DNA from: Anaeramoeba ignava BMAN
Taxonomy: Eukaryota; Protista; Anaeramoebae
Length of the DNA: 64,000 bases
Assembly: GCA_028826165.1 (NCBI GenBank)
Contig: JAPDFW010000116.1
Location: 62,001-126,000 of the forward strand
Reading direction: 5' to 3'
Shown here: one piece after another, positions 53,011 to 64,000 of the stretch
Numbering within the stretch: position 1 is the stretch's first letter
How the letters are laid out: every line of letters starts with the position of its first letter
The notes under the pieces: model-generated
Told to the model about the DNA's origin: nothing
Databases searched by the model: none
The model's input: the letters and a program-made list of their open reading frames with translations, nothing else
Program-made: the position numbers and the translations under genes

Positions 53011-56000
53011 TTAATCTAAATATTTTTTGGGAATAAATTGAATTAAAGGTGATTCATTTTCGTTTTCATTTTGATTTTGATTTTGATTTTCATTTTGATT
53101 TTCATCTTCATTATAATCATCATTTTCATTATAATTTTCATAAAATAATAAAATATCAACAAAATCTGGAATTTTAGATCGAAGTGAATTTTCTTTATCA
53201 AATAATTCTAAAACTTCTTTAATAACTGTTCCTTCAACAAAATCATCATTAATCATTTCTCTAATAATATCTCCAAAAAATTCATATGCTTTTGGTGAAT
53301 TAATTATTATATTTTTTAAATTTTTTGTTTCTTGAATTATTGCTTCTTTTGAATTAGGTTTTATTATTTCTTTTGAATCTTGAATTAGATCTAAATAATA
53401 GCTAACATAATCTGCTGATTCTTTAGAATCAAAAATGAAATCACAAATTGAACAAAAAATTTGTTGAAATGAAACTTGTTTAAGAATATTTTTGAAAAAA
53501 TTTGGAGTATCTCTGTTTTTTTCTCGGAAATGTTGAATAAATTCTTTAATTTTTTGATTTGAACTTTTTTTTTTTTTTTTATAAAATTTTTTATAAATTA
53601 ATTTTTAATTTAAAATCAAAATTATTAAAAAATAATAATTTACTTATTTTCTTGTTCGATTGGTTTTTCTTTCTATATTTTTCGATTTGGATAATTAAAT
53701 TTAGGTGCTAATTTTAATTTTAATTTTAATTTTAATTTTAATTTTAATTTTAATTTTAATTTTAATTTTAATTTTTTATAAATGAATTTTAATTTTAATT
53801 TTAATTTTAATTTTAATTTTAATTTTAATTTTGGAATTTTTTTTGTTTTTGAATTTTAATAATGGTTTTGAAGTTGGAAATTTTCTATTTTGGAATATTT
53901 TTGTTTTTCTATTATAAAAATTTTTCTTTATTAAAAATTGATTATTAAAAAAATTGATTATTAAAAAAATTGATTATTAAAAAAATTGATTATTAAATTA
54001 CCATTAATCTATATCGAACTCTTGGAGTTAAACTTTCATTTTTAATCATTTCTTTAATTCTTTTTTCATAATTTCTAACAACTTTCTTCTTTTTAAATTT
54101 ATTTTGGTTTGTTTTTGATTTATCAGAATTTTGATATTCACTTATTAATAATTTAGGTCCAACAGTCATTAATAATTGACATGCAGTTTCTATTGAATCA
54201 TCTTGAATATCATCAAATAATTCATCTAAACATTGATAGATAATATAAACTTTGATCATTTCTTGTCGATAAAGTTCTCCAATAAATCTTGCATTTCCAA
54301 GTGTATTTCTTCGATCTTTTCTTTTTTCTTCTTTATTTTTATCAGAAGAATCTTGTTTAAATAAAGATCTTGATTTTTCATATAAAGATCGACATTTTCG
54401 AAGTAATTGTATTTTAAATGTTATTTGTCCTTTTTTTCTTGGATCAGGATCATCAAATGTTGTTTTTAATTCTTTATTTAAACTTGATGCAAATTTTGAA
54501 TAAAGTTCTGAATAAAGTTGTTCATTTATTGCTTTCTGAAAAAATAATTCAATTATATTATTTAATTCATCTAAATTATTAATTGGAATTTTAATAAATT
54601 TCTTTAAAATTCTTTCAAAATTTTGATCAGCAAGTTTATTCAACAATCTAATTTAAATAAATAAACTTTTAAATTATTTAAGGGTTTTAATTTATTTTTT
54701 TTATAATCTTCTTACGATCTATATTCCTTAATTTTATCATCAAGTGTTTGTGGTTCAGTTTCATCTTCTTCAAGTGTAGCTTTCCATGGATTATCTGAAT
54801 GAATAATTTCTTTAAATTTATTTCTTTCATAATAGGTTTGTCTTTTTGCAAATGAAGGTGGAATACTAAAGTTTTTTGGATGATGACTAACATGATTATT
54901 CATTTTCATTTTATGTTTAATTTCTTCCATTTGTTGATCTTTATATCGAATTAATCCTGGTGATTCATTTTCAATTTGATTTTCATTTTTTTGGTCATTT
55001 TCTTTTGATTCTATTTGTGAATTAATATTAATTTCTTTTTGAATTTGTTTTTTTAACTCTTCTTGAATTTGTTTTTTTAATTCTTCTTTTAATTCTTCTT
55101 TTATTTGTTCTTTTAATTCTTCTTTTAATTCTTCTTTTAATTCTTCTTTTATTTGTTCTTTTAATTCTTCTTTTATATGTTCTTTTAATTCTTCTTTTAT
55201 ATTATTAGAAAGTAAATTTAATTTCTTTTTTTCGATTTGTCCGTTTTGATTTTGATTTTCATTTTCATTTTGATTTTGATTTTGATTTTGATTTTGATTT
55301 TGATTTTTTTGAGGATTTGTAAAAAGATATTTTTAGGTTGATTTTGATTTTGATTTTGATTTTGATTTTGATTTTGATTTTGATTTTGATTTTGATTTTG
55401 ATTTTGATTTTGATTTTGATTTTCATTTTCATTTTGATTTTGATTTTGATTTTGATTTTGATTTTGATTTTGATTTTTTTGAGGATTTGTAAAAAAAGAT
55501 ATTTTAGGTTGATTTTGATTTTGATTTTGATTTTGATTTTGATTTTGATTTTGATTTGGATTTTCATTTTTTGTAAAAAGATATTTTGATTTTGATTTTT
55601 GATTTTGATTTTGATTTTGATTTTTTTTGATTTGTAAAAAGATATTGATTTTGATTTTGATTTTGATTTTGATTTTGATTTTGATTTTGATTTTCATTTT
55701 CATTTTCATGTTCATTTTGATTTTCATTTTCATGTTCATTTTGATTTTGATTTTGATTTTGATTTTGATTTTGATTTTGATTTTGATTTTGATTTTGATT
55801 TTGATTTTGATTTTGATTTTCATTTTGATTTTGATTTTTATTTTCATTTTGATTTTCATATTCATTTTGATTTTGATTTTGATTTTGATTTTGATTTTGA
55901 TTTTGATTTTGATTTTGATTTTTTTGAGGATTTGCAAAAAAAGATGTTTTAGGTTGATTTTGATTTTGATTTTGATTTTGATTTTGATTTTGATTTTGAT

Positions 56001-56798
56001 TTTGATTTTGATTTTCATTTTCATTTTGATTTTGATTTTGATTTTGATTTTTGATTTTGATTTTGATTTTGATTTTGATTTTTTTGAGAATTTGCAAAAA
56101 AAGATGTTTTAGGTTGATTTTGATTTTGATTTTGATTTTTTTGAGAATTTGCAAAAAAAGATGTTTTAGGTTGATTTTGATTTTGAGTTGAAAAAATGGA
56201 TGTTTTAGGTTGATTTTGATTTTGATTTTGATTTTGATTTTGATTTTGATTTTGATTTTGATTTTGATTTTGATTTTTTTGAGGATTTGCAAAAAAAGAT
56301 GTTTTAGGTTGATTTTTGATTTTGATTTTGATTTGAAAAAATGGATGTTTTAGGTTGATTTTGATTTTGATTTTGATCCCTTTTTGCAAAAAAAGATGAG
56401 TTAGGAGGATTATTTTGACTCAAAGAAAAATTTGCAAAAAGATTATGAGTTTGTTTTTTTGCAAATAAATCTTGAGTTTTTGAAACTTCCATTTGTGAAG
56501 GTTGACTCATTGTTTGTTCATTTACATGTTGAGAATTTGTTCTGTTTGCGGGAGTGATTGCCCAAAAACAGGACCTCCTTGTTTTGCAAAAAATGATGTA
56601 GTTTTGTCTAATTGGTGATTGTTGTGGAAGATTCTTAAAGTTTGATGAGAAAAGTCCTGGTTTTGTATTTTGTGTTGGTGTATTTGGGTTTTTGTTTGAA
56701 AATAATGTTAATCCTGTTGTTCCATTTTGTGGTTTGTTTTGTGATGGTGAAGAATTTCCAGTTGAATGTTCAGGTCTTTTTCCCCATAAACTTGTCAT
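53011..56798 (-). CDS. EIF4G: eIF4G-like protein copy 2 with a different N-terminus (PKTSFFANPQK/NQ repeats); possibly degenerating
   Basis: 53011-54961 is nearly identical to 46770-48941. The exon equivalent to 47654-47561 has lost both splice sites. The N-terminal repeat region has several frameshifts. Confidence 0.65.
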
Positions 56799-57025
56799 AA
56801 TTAACTAAACAAAAAAAAAATTAAAAAAAATTAAAAAATGAAAAAAAAAGGAAAAAATGAATTTTCCAATTTTTCCTTTTTTTTTTTAAAATAATTGCAA
56901 AAAAAAAAGATTTTAAAATTGAATTTGATTTTGGTTTATTTCTTTTTAATTAGAAAAAAAAGGAAAAAGAAAAATTATGTTGTTTTTTTTGTTGATTTTG
57001 AAAAAAGAAATTAATCATTTTTGAT

Positions 57026-60000
57026 TTAAATTTTTTTGAAAAACTTATTAAAAAGCCATCTGAGTGAAATAAAAATGAAAAGAAGGAAGATAATTGTAGT
57101 AATCAATTCTTTCCAAACGAATTTATCAGCATTTTTCATTTTCTTGATAATTGATCTTTCTTTTTTTGCAAAATGAAGAGGAAATGAATTTGGATTGATC
57201 AAATAAAGTTGAGAAACTTCTTGAAGTTGTTTAAGTTGTAAATAATTAAGAGTTTGGTCAACTTTATCAAAATATAAACCTTTGACAAATTGTTGAATAA
57301 TTTTATAGCTTTTTTGAGTTATATCTTGAAAAGAATTGCTTTTAATTGATATTTGGTTATTATTATTGTTATTATTATTATTGTTATTTTCATTTGAATT
57401 TTCATTTGAATTTTCATTTGAATTTTCTTCAATTTGATCAAAATAATCACTTCTTGCAAATAAAATCAATTTGTGAACTAAAACTTTGTTTTTTTCAACA
57501 ATAATTTGAAAATCTTTAGTCGAATTATCTGAATATAATTTGGCGAAATCTTTTGAAAAATTGCTTAAATTTTGTTGATAATCACTTGAGGGTAAAGTGG
57601 TTCCAATTTCTTTTGTGATTTGAATAAGTGAACTAAGATAAAGAGGATCAAGAACTCCTGAATAAATGTATTTCATGAATTCTTTGACAATTATTAAAGT
57701 ATATTTTTTCAAAACAGAAAGTGTTTTTTCTAGTTTTTTTTCTCCAATTCTTGCTTTAAGAATCAATGAATGTGATCTTGTTGTTCCGTTTGAACAATCA
57801 ATATCAATATCTGTATATGCTTGATCAGTAAATAATTCATAGAGGTCTTGGCCAAGTGGTGAATATTGTTTAATTTGCGTTCTTTTTGAAACATTATGCA
57901 ATGAATTTAATGCTTTCTTTGAATATTTTTAAATAAATTTTTTAAATAAATTTTTAAATAAATTTTTAAATAAATTTTTAAATAAATTTTTAAATAAATT
58001 TTTAAATAAATTTTTAAATAAATTTGTAAATAAATTTTTAAATAAATTTATAAATAAATTTGTAAATAAATTTTTAAATAAATTTGTAAATAAATTTTTA
58101 AATAAATTTTTAAATAAATTTGTAAATAAATTTGTAAATAAATTTATAAATAAATTTTTAAATAAATTTTTAAATAAATTTTTAAATAAATTTTTAAATA
58201 AATTTTTAATTTCAAACAGTTCTGATTTTTTCATCTTCTGTTGTTAAATATAAAATTCGTAAAGTATCTAATGAACAATTTTGAGTGCAAGCATATATTA
58301 ATGCATGTTCATTTTGTTTCTAAAGTTTTTTATATATTTTTAAATTTAAATTTAAAATTAATTTAAAATTAAAATTAAAATTAATTCTAAACATTAGATG
58401 ATTCTAAAGGACATCCTGCAACAACTAAAGCATAAATAATTGCAGAATCAACTTGTTTTTGAATTCCAATATGTAAAGCTCGAAATCCCTTTCAAATTTC
58501 AAATTTTTAATTTTTAATTTTTAATCTTTAATTTTTAATTTTTTAATTTTTAATTTTTAATCTTTAATCTTTCATCTTTAATTTCAAATTTTTAATTTTT
58601 AATTTTTAATATTTTTAATTTTTAATTTTGAAAACAAAATACAAAAATAATTTCAAATATTTTTTTTAATATTTAATTTTAATTTCTTAAAAATTTTTAA
58701 TTTTTAATATTTACAACCTAATTTTGAAAACAAAAATACAAAAATAAATAGCATTTCTTAAAAAAATTTCTTATCAAAAATAGCAAACATTCTAATTTTA
58801 AAAAAATAAACAAATTTTAAAATGAAAATTAATAATAAAAATAAAAATAATAATTATTAACATTTTTCGAATAAACATTTGCTCCTTGTTCAATTAAATA
58901 ATTAACAATTTCTATTTTTCCTGAAATTACTGCATTATGTAATGGTGTATATCCCTAAATTTCAATTAAAAAAACAAGAAATGAAATTAAAAACAATTTT
59001 TTTTAAAAGAAAAATTTAAATCAATTTTACTTCCTGAAAAAAATATAAATAATTAAATTGAAAATTAAATTAAAATTAAAATTAAAAATTACTTTCTAAA
59101 AATTAAAACAAAGTTAAAAATTAATTTTTTTTTGTAACAAAATAAATATATAAATATATATAAATATATATAAATTATTTTTCAAACATTTTTCAAATTT
59201 ATTTTTGCTCCATTTTCAATAAGAAGTTTTATAACTTGTACATCTGCTCCATGTAAACATGCAAAATGTAAAGGTGAATTTAACTGAATAAATAGAAATT
59301 TAAAATTAAAAAGAAACTAAAAAGAAACCTTTTTTTTTCGTTAAACAATTTTTACATTCTTTTTTCAAAATGAAAAAAATATAAGAAGATTTTTTGTTTA
59401 ATTAAAAAATTTTTACATTCTAATAAAATTAAAATAAATTTAAAATAAATTGAATGAAAATCAAATTATATTTTGAAAAAATTTTACATCAACAATTCTT
59501 GGATCAGCAGAACCTTCAATTAATACTTGAAAACTTTCTAATGAAACTAAACTAGTGCAAGCTTTATGAAGAGAAGTTTGATTCTTTAAAGAAAATAATT
59601 TTTTTATAAATTTTTCCAATTAAAATTAAAATAACAAATTTTACTGACTAAAGAATATCAAAAAGAAAAATATAAATTTCCATTTTGAAAAAAAAGAATG
59701 ATTTAAATTACTGACTAAAAAATTAAAATTAAAATTAAAATTAAAATTAAAATTAAAATTAAAATTAAAATTAAAATTAAAATTAAAATTAAAAATTAAA
59801 ATTAAAATTAAAATTAAAATTAAAATTAAAATTAAAATTAAAATTAAAATTAAAAATAAAATTAAAATTATTTTTGTTTTCAAACATCTGGTTCATTTGG
59901 ATTTGAACCTAATGTAATCATCATAATTAATGCTTCTGGTGTTGGTTTATTTTTACATAAAATATGAAGAGGGATTTCTTGCTATTAATTATTAATTAAT

Positions 60001-60942
60001 TATTTTTTTTAAAAACAGAAAAAAAGTTTAAAAAATTTGAAAGAATAAAATCAAAAAATACATTCTAAATAAATTAATAAATAAAACAATTAATATAAGA
60101 AATAGAAAAAGAAAACGATTAATTAATAAAGATTACATACTAAAATTTATTTATAATTTTAATAATAAATTTATTTACAATTTTAATAATAAATTTATTT
60201 ATAATTTTAATAATAAATTTATTTATAATTTTAATAATAAATTTATTTATAATTTTAATAATAAATTTATTTATAATTTTAATAATAAATTTATTTATAA
60301 TTTTTAATAATAAATAAATTTATTTATAATTTTAATAATAAATTTATTTATAATTTTAATAATAAATTTATTTATAATTTTTAATAATAAATTTATTTAC
60401 AATTTTAATAATAAATTTATTTTATTTTAATAATAAATTTATTTACAATTTTAATAATAAATTTATTTTTTTAATAATAAATTTATTTACAATTTTAATA
60501 ATAAATTTATTTATAATTTTAATAATAAATTTATTTATAATTTTAATAATAAATTTATTTATAATTTTAATAATAAATTTATTTACAATTTTAATAATAA
60601 ATTTATTTACAATTTTAATAATAAATTTATTTATAATTTTAATAATAAATTTATTTACATTTTTTAAAACAACATCAGAACCGGCAAAAATAAGTGCACG
60701 TAAAATTTCAGGAAGAATATTTTGAACTGAACAAGCATAATGAAGTATGGTTTCATTCTTAATAAAAAATAAAGTAATTAAGAAAACACGTTTTTTTTTA
60801 TTATTTAATTTTGATTTTAATTTTAATTTTAATTTTAATTTTGATTTTTTACTCCAGAATTTGATAAATCAAGTTTTTCTTTTAAAATTTGTTCAACTTT
60901 AAATAAATCATTTAAAGCAACTGCTTCTCTTAATCTTTGCAT
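57026..60942 (-). CDS. Ankyrin-repeat + tandem BTB + C-terminal TM protein; main exons 60942-60853, 60757-60659, 59981-59886, 59583-59488, 59283-59188, 58954-58862, 58488-58393, 58319-58218, 57916-57026, plus ten 3-nt micro-exons
   Basis: One ankyrin repeat per phase-0 exon (NETILHYAC, QEIPLHILC, NQTSLHKAC, LNSPLHFAC, GYTPLHNAV, GFRALHIGI). BTB motifs (YTDIDI..SHSLILKAR; KDFQI..VHKLILFARSDYF). Terminal ITTIIFLLFIFISLRWLF helix. Confidence 0.88.
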
Positions 60943-61061
60943 GATAAAAATAGAAAAAAGTAAAAAGAAAAAAAAGAAAAAAAATGATTTCAAAAAAAAA
61001 AAAGAAAAAATCTTTATTTTCAATTTTCGTTTTTCTCATTTTATTTTTTCATTAAAATTCA
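60943..61061. promoter_or_regulatory. Probable compact bidirectional promoter between the ankyrin-BTB gene and IDI1
   Basis: Only 119 bp separate two divergent ATGs, with an A-rich half switching to a T-rich half. Function is inferred from position only. Confidence 0.45.
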
Positions 61062-61814
61062 ATGGAGAATTTAGATAAAACCCAAATGGAGTTTATGAAT
61101 GATGAATACTGCATTGTTGTGGATTTAAATGATAAACCACAACGTTCTGAAACTAAAATCAAATGTAAAAAAAATTTGATCTAAAAATAAAAAAAAAAAT
61201 CTTAAAAAAAAATCTTAAAAAAAAAAATCAAAAATATTCGGAATGAAAATAATTGAAATAAAGGCCATCAAGAAAATATTCTTCACAGAGCTTTCAGTGT
61301 TTTTATTTTCAACACAAAGAATGAATTATTACTTCAAAAACGTTCAGAAAATAAAATAACATTTCCCAATGTTTGGACTAATACATGTTGCTCTCATCCT
61401 TTATATAATCAACAAGAACTCCAAGAGAAAAATCAAGAAGGAGTTAAAAGAGCAGCAATTAGAAAGCTAGAGCATGAATTAGGAATTCATAATGAAGTAA
61501 AATGGGAAGAAATTATTTTCATAACACGCATTTATTACGAAGCAAAATTTGATGATAAATGGGGAGAACATGAAATTGATTATATTCTTTTGATTCATAA
61601 AGATGTGAATGTTCAGATTAACTACAACGAAGTGTCAGAGATTAAATATGTGAATGAGGATGAGTTGAAAAAAATTATTGAAGAAGGAAATGTTTCACCT
61701 TGGTTTAAATTAATTTCAGAAAAATTTTTGTTTGATTTATGGGAAAAATTAAAAGAAAAAGATTATGATTTTAATAAAGGAAATGATTTTTCAAAAATTA
61801 TTCATTTAAAATAA
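61062..61814 (+). CDS. IDI1: Isopentenyl-diphosphate delta-isomerase type 1; exons 61062-61164 and 61264-61814
   Basis: KCH..LHRAFSVFIFN..LLLQKRS..KITFPNVWTNTCCSHP, AAIRKLEHELGI, WGEHEIDYIL, SPWF. Confidence 0.95.
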
Positions 61815-62203
61815 AACTAAATTTTTATCCAATTTTTAATTTTTGATTTTAATTTTAATTTTAATTTTAATTTTGATTTTAAATTTTAATTTTTGATTTT
61901 GATTTTTAATTTTGATTTTGAATTGATTTTAATTTTTGATTTTAATTTTTGATTTTAATTTTTAATTTTGAATTGATTTTGATTTTGATTTTAATTTTAA
62001 TTTTAATTTTAAATTGATTTTAAATTGATTTTGAATTGAGAATGGTTTTATTTCATTTGAACTAAATTTGGATTGAATTTTGAAAAAGAAAAAGATCAAA
62101 AAAAGTCAAAATGAAGAATGAAAATGAATGAAAATGAAAGTGAAAAAGAAAATGAAAATGAGAATGAAAATCAAAATGAAAATGAGAATGAAAATCAAAA
62201 TGA

Positions 62204-64000
62204 TTAGATTTTCTTTGTAGCAAAGAACCAATCTTTTGCATCAACTGATTTTTGATGAGTTCTGACTTCAGCCATTTCAACTGTGTTTGGAGGAGGAACA
62301 ATAACATCTTCACCTGGTTTCCAATTTGCTGGAGTTGCAACTTTGTTTTTGTCTGATGTTTGCATTGCAACAAGAAGTCTCATGATTTCATCCATGTTTC
62401 TTCCATTAGAAAGTGGATAGTAAATAATTGCTCGAATAATTGCTTGTGGATCAATTATGAATACTGCTCGAACAGTTTGTGTTTTACTTGTGGATTGATG
62501 AAGCATTCCAAATTTCTTAGCAACATTCATATCTGAATCACTTTTTAATTTTTTATCCGATTTTAATTTTAATTTTAATTTTAATTTTAAATTGAATTTT
62601 AATTTTAATTTTAATTTTAATATTAATTTTGATTTTAATTTTAATTTTGATTTTAATTTAAATTTTAATTTAAATTTTAATTTTAATATTAATTTTAATT
62701 TTAATTTTAATTTTAATTTTAATTTTAATTTTAATTTTAATTTTAATTTTAATTTTAATTTTAATTTTAATTTTAATTTTAATTTTAATTTTAATTTTAA
62801 TTTTAATTTTAATTTTAATTTTAATTTTAATTTTAATTTTAATTTTTAATTTTAATTTTAATTTTTAATTTTAATTTTAATTTTAATTTTAATTTTAATT
62901 TTAATTTTAATTTTAATTTTAATTTTAATTTTAATTTTAATTTTAATTTTAATTTTAATTTTGATTTTAATTTTGATTTTGATTTTGGATTTTGATTTTA
63001 GTTTTAATTTTAATTTTAATTTTAATTTTAATTTTAATTTTAATTTTAATTTTAATTTTAATTTTAATTTTAATTTTAATTTTAATTTTAATTTTAATTT
63101 TTAAATTTAATTTTAAATTTACGCAATAACAGGGAATGTGATTTGAACTTTTTCCATATCTTTATATTTAATCTTTTCTTCAATAGTTCTAACCCATGCA
63201 ATATGACTGAAATTACTATCAATACTTAATCCAATTAATTCACAATTAAGTTTTTGGAAATCTTTATGCATAGTAGCAAAAGTCATAAATTCAGTTGTGC
63301 AAACAGGTGTAAAATCTATTTAATTTTATTTTTGATTTTAAATTGATTTTGATTTTAATTTTAATTTTAATTTTAATTTTAATTTTGATTTTGATTTTGA
63401 TTTTGATTTTAATTTTAATTTTAATTTTAATTTTGATTTTAATTTTGATTTTGATTTTAATTTTAATTTTAATTTTAATTTTAATTTTAATTTTAATTTT
63501 AATTTTAAATTTTAATTTTAATTTTAATTTTAATTTTAATTTTAATTTTAATTTTAATTTTAATTTTAATTTTAATTTTAATTTTAATTTTAATTTTAAT
63601 TTTAATTTTAATTTTAATTTTAATTTTAATTTTAATTTTAATTTTGATTTTAATTTTAATTTTAATTTTGATTTTAATTTTAATTTTAATTTTAATTTTA
63701 ATTTTGATTTTAATTTTAATTTTAATTTTAATTTTGATTTTGATTTTGATTTTGATTTTGAATTTAATTTTAAATTTAATTTTGATTTAATTTTGATTAT
63801 TAAATTGAATTTTAATTTTAATTTTGATTTTAATTTTAATTTTAAATATAATTTTATTTTAATTGTTGTAAAGGAGAATAAAAGTTGTAAAAAAATTAAA
63901 TTAAATTACCTCCAGGATGTGAAAACAAAATAACCCATTTTCCTGAAAAATGTTGTGGAAATTTAATTGGTCCCATTGTAGTTTCTGCTTCAAATTCAGG
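62204..64000 (-). CDS. Peroxiredoxin, Prx6/TDXH prokaryote-like; exons >64000-63910, 63315-63123, 62540-62204 (5' end outside the window)
   Basis: WVILFSHPG|[10 protein letters not shown] active site, [52 protein letters not shown]. Both introns are (TTTTAA)n-filled. Confidence 0.92.

Overview
Very AT-rich, intron-containing eukaryotic genomic DNA read in the standard code. It looks like an anaerobic protist; the BTB-adaptor expansions and prokaryote-type ferritin/peroxiredoxin resemble Anaeramoeba-like metamonads, which is inference only. About 20 genes: RPT3 (3' end), NAD-dependent glycerol-3-phosphate dehydrogenase, a TPR protein, long-tailed myosin I, bacterial-type ferritin, a BTB-TLDc protein, a Gly-repeat membrane protein, three tandem RCC1-BTB genes, two DOCK GEFs, a LIM/coiled-coil protein, a G-alpha, two eIF4G-like paralogs, a coiled-coil protein, an ankyrin-BTB tail-anchored protein, IDI1 and a Prx6-type peroxiredoxin. 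A TA-flanked IS630/Tc1-mariner relic sits in a GPD1 intron. The main discovery is a single-codon (3-nt) micro-exon system that the ORF track cannot show. (i) In the ankyrin-BTB gene, five consecutive repeat junctions each carry two AG|NNN|GT exons (10 in total) that supply the two beta-hairpin tip residues missing from the larger exons. (ii) In the BTB-TLDc gene, a ~177-bp 'satellite' is nine near-identical GT..AG introns separated by eight variable 3-nt exons, and every inclusion combination is in frame and stop-free. Frame-restoring 5-nt and 11-nt micro-exons in eIF4G and GPD1 support the same splicing capability. All gene models were read by hand from sequence with no transcript data. Several single-base homopolymer frameshifts are probably assembly errors.
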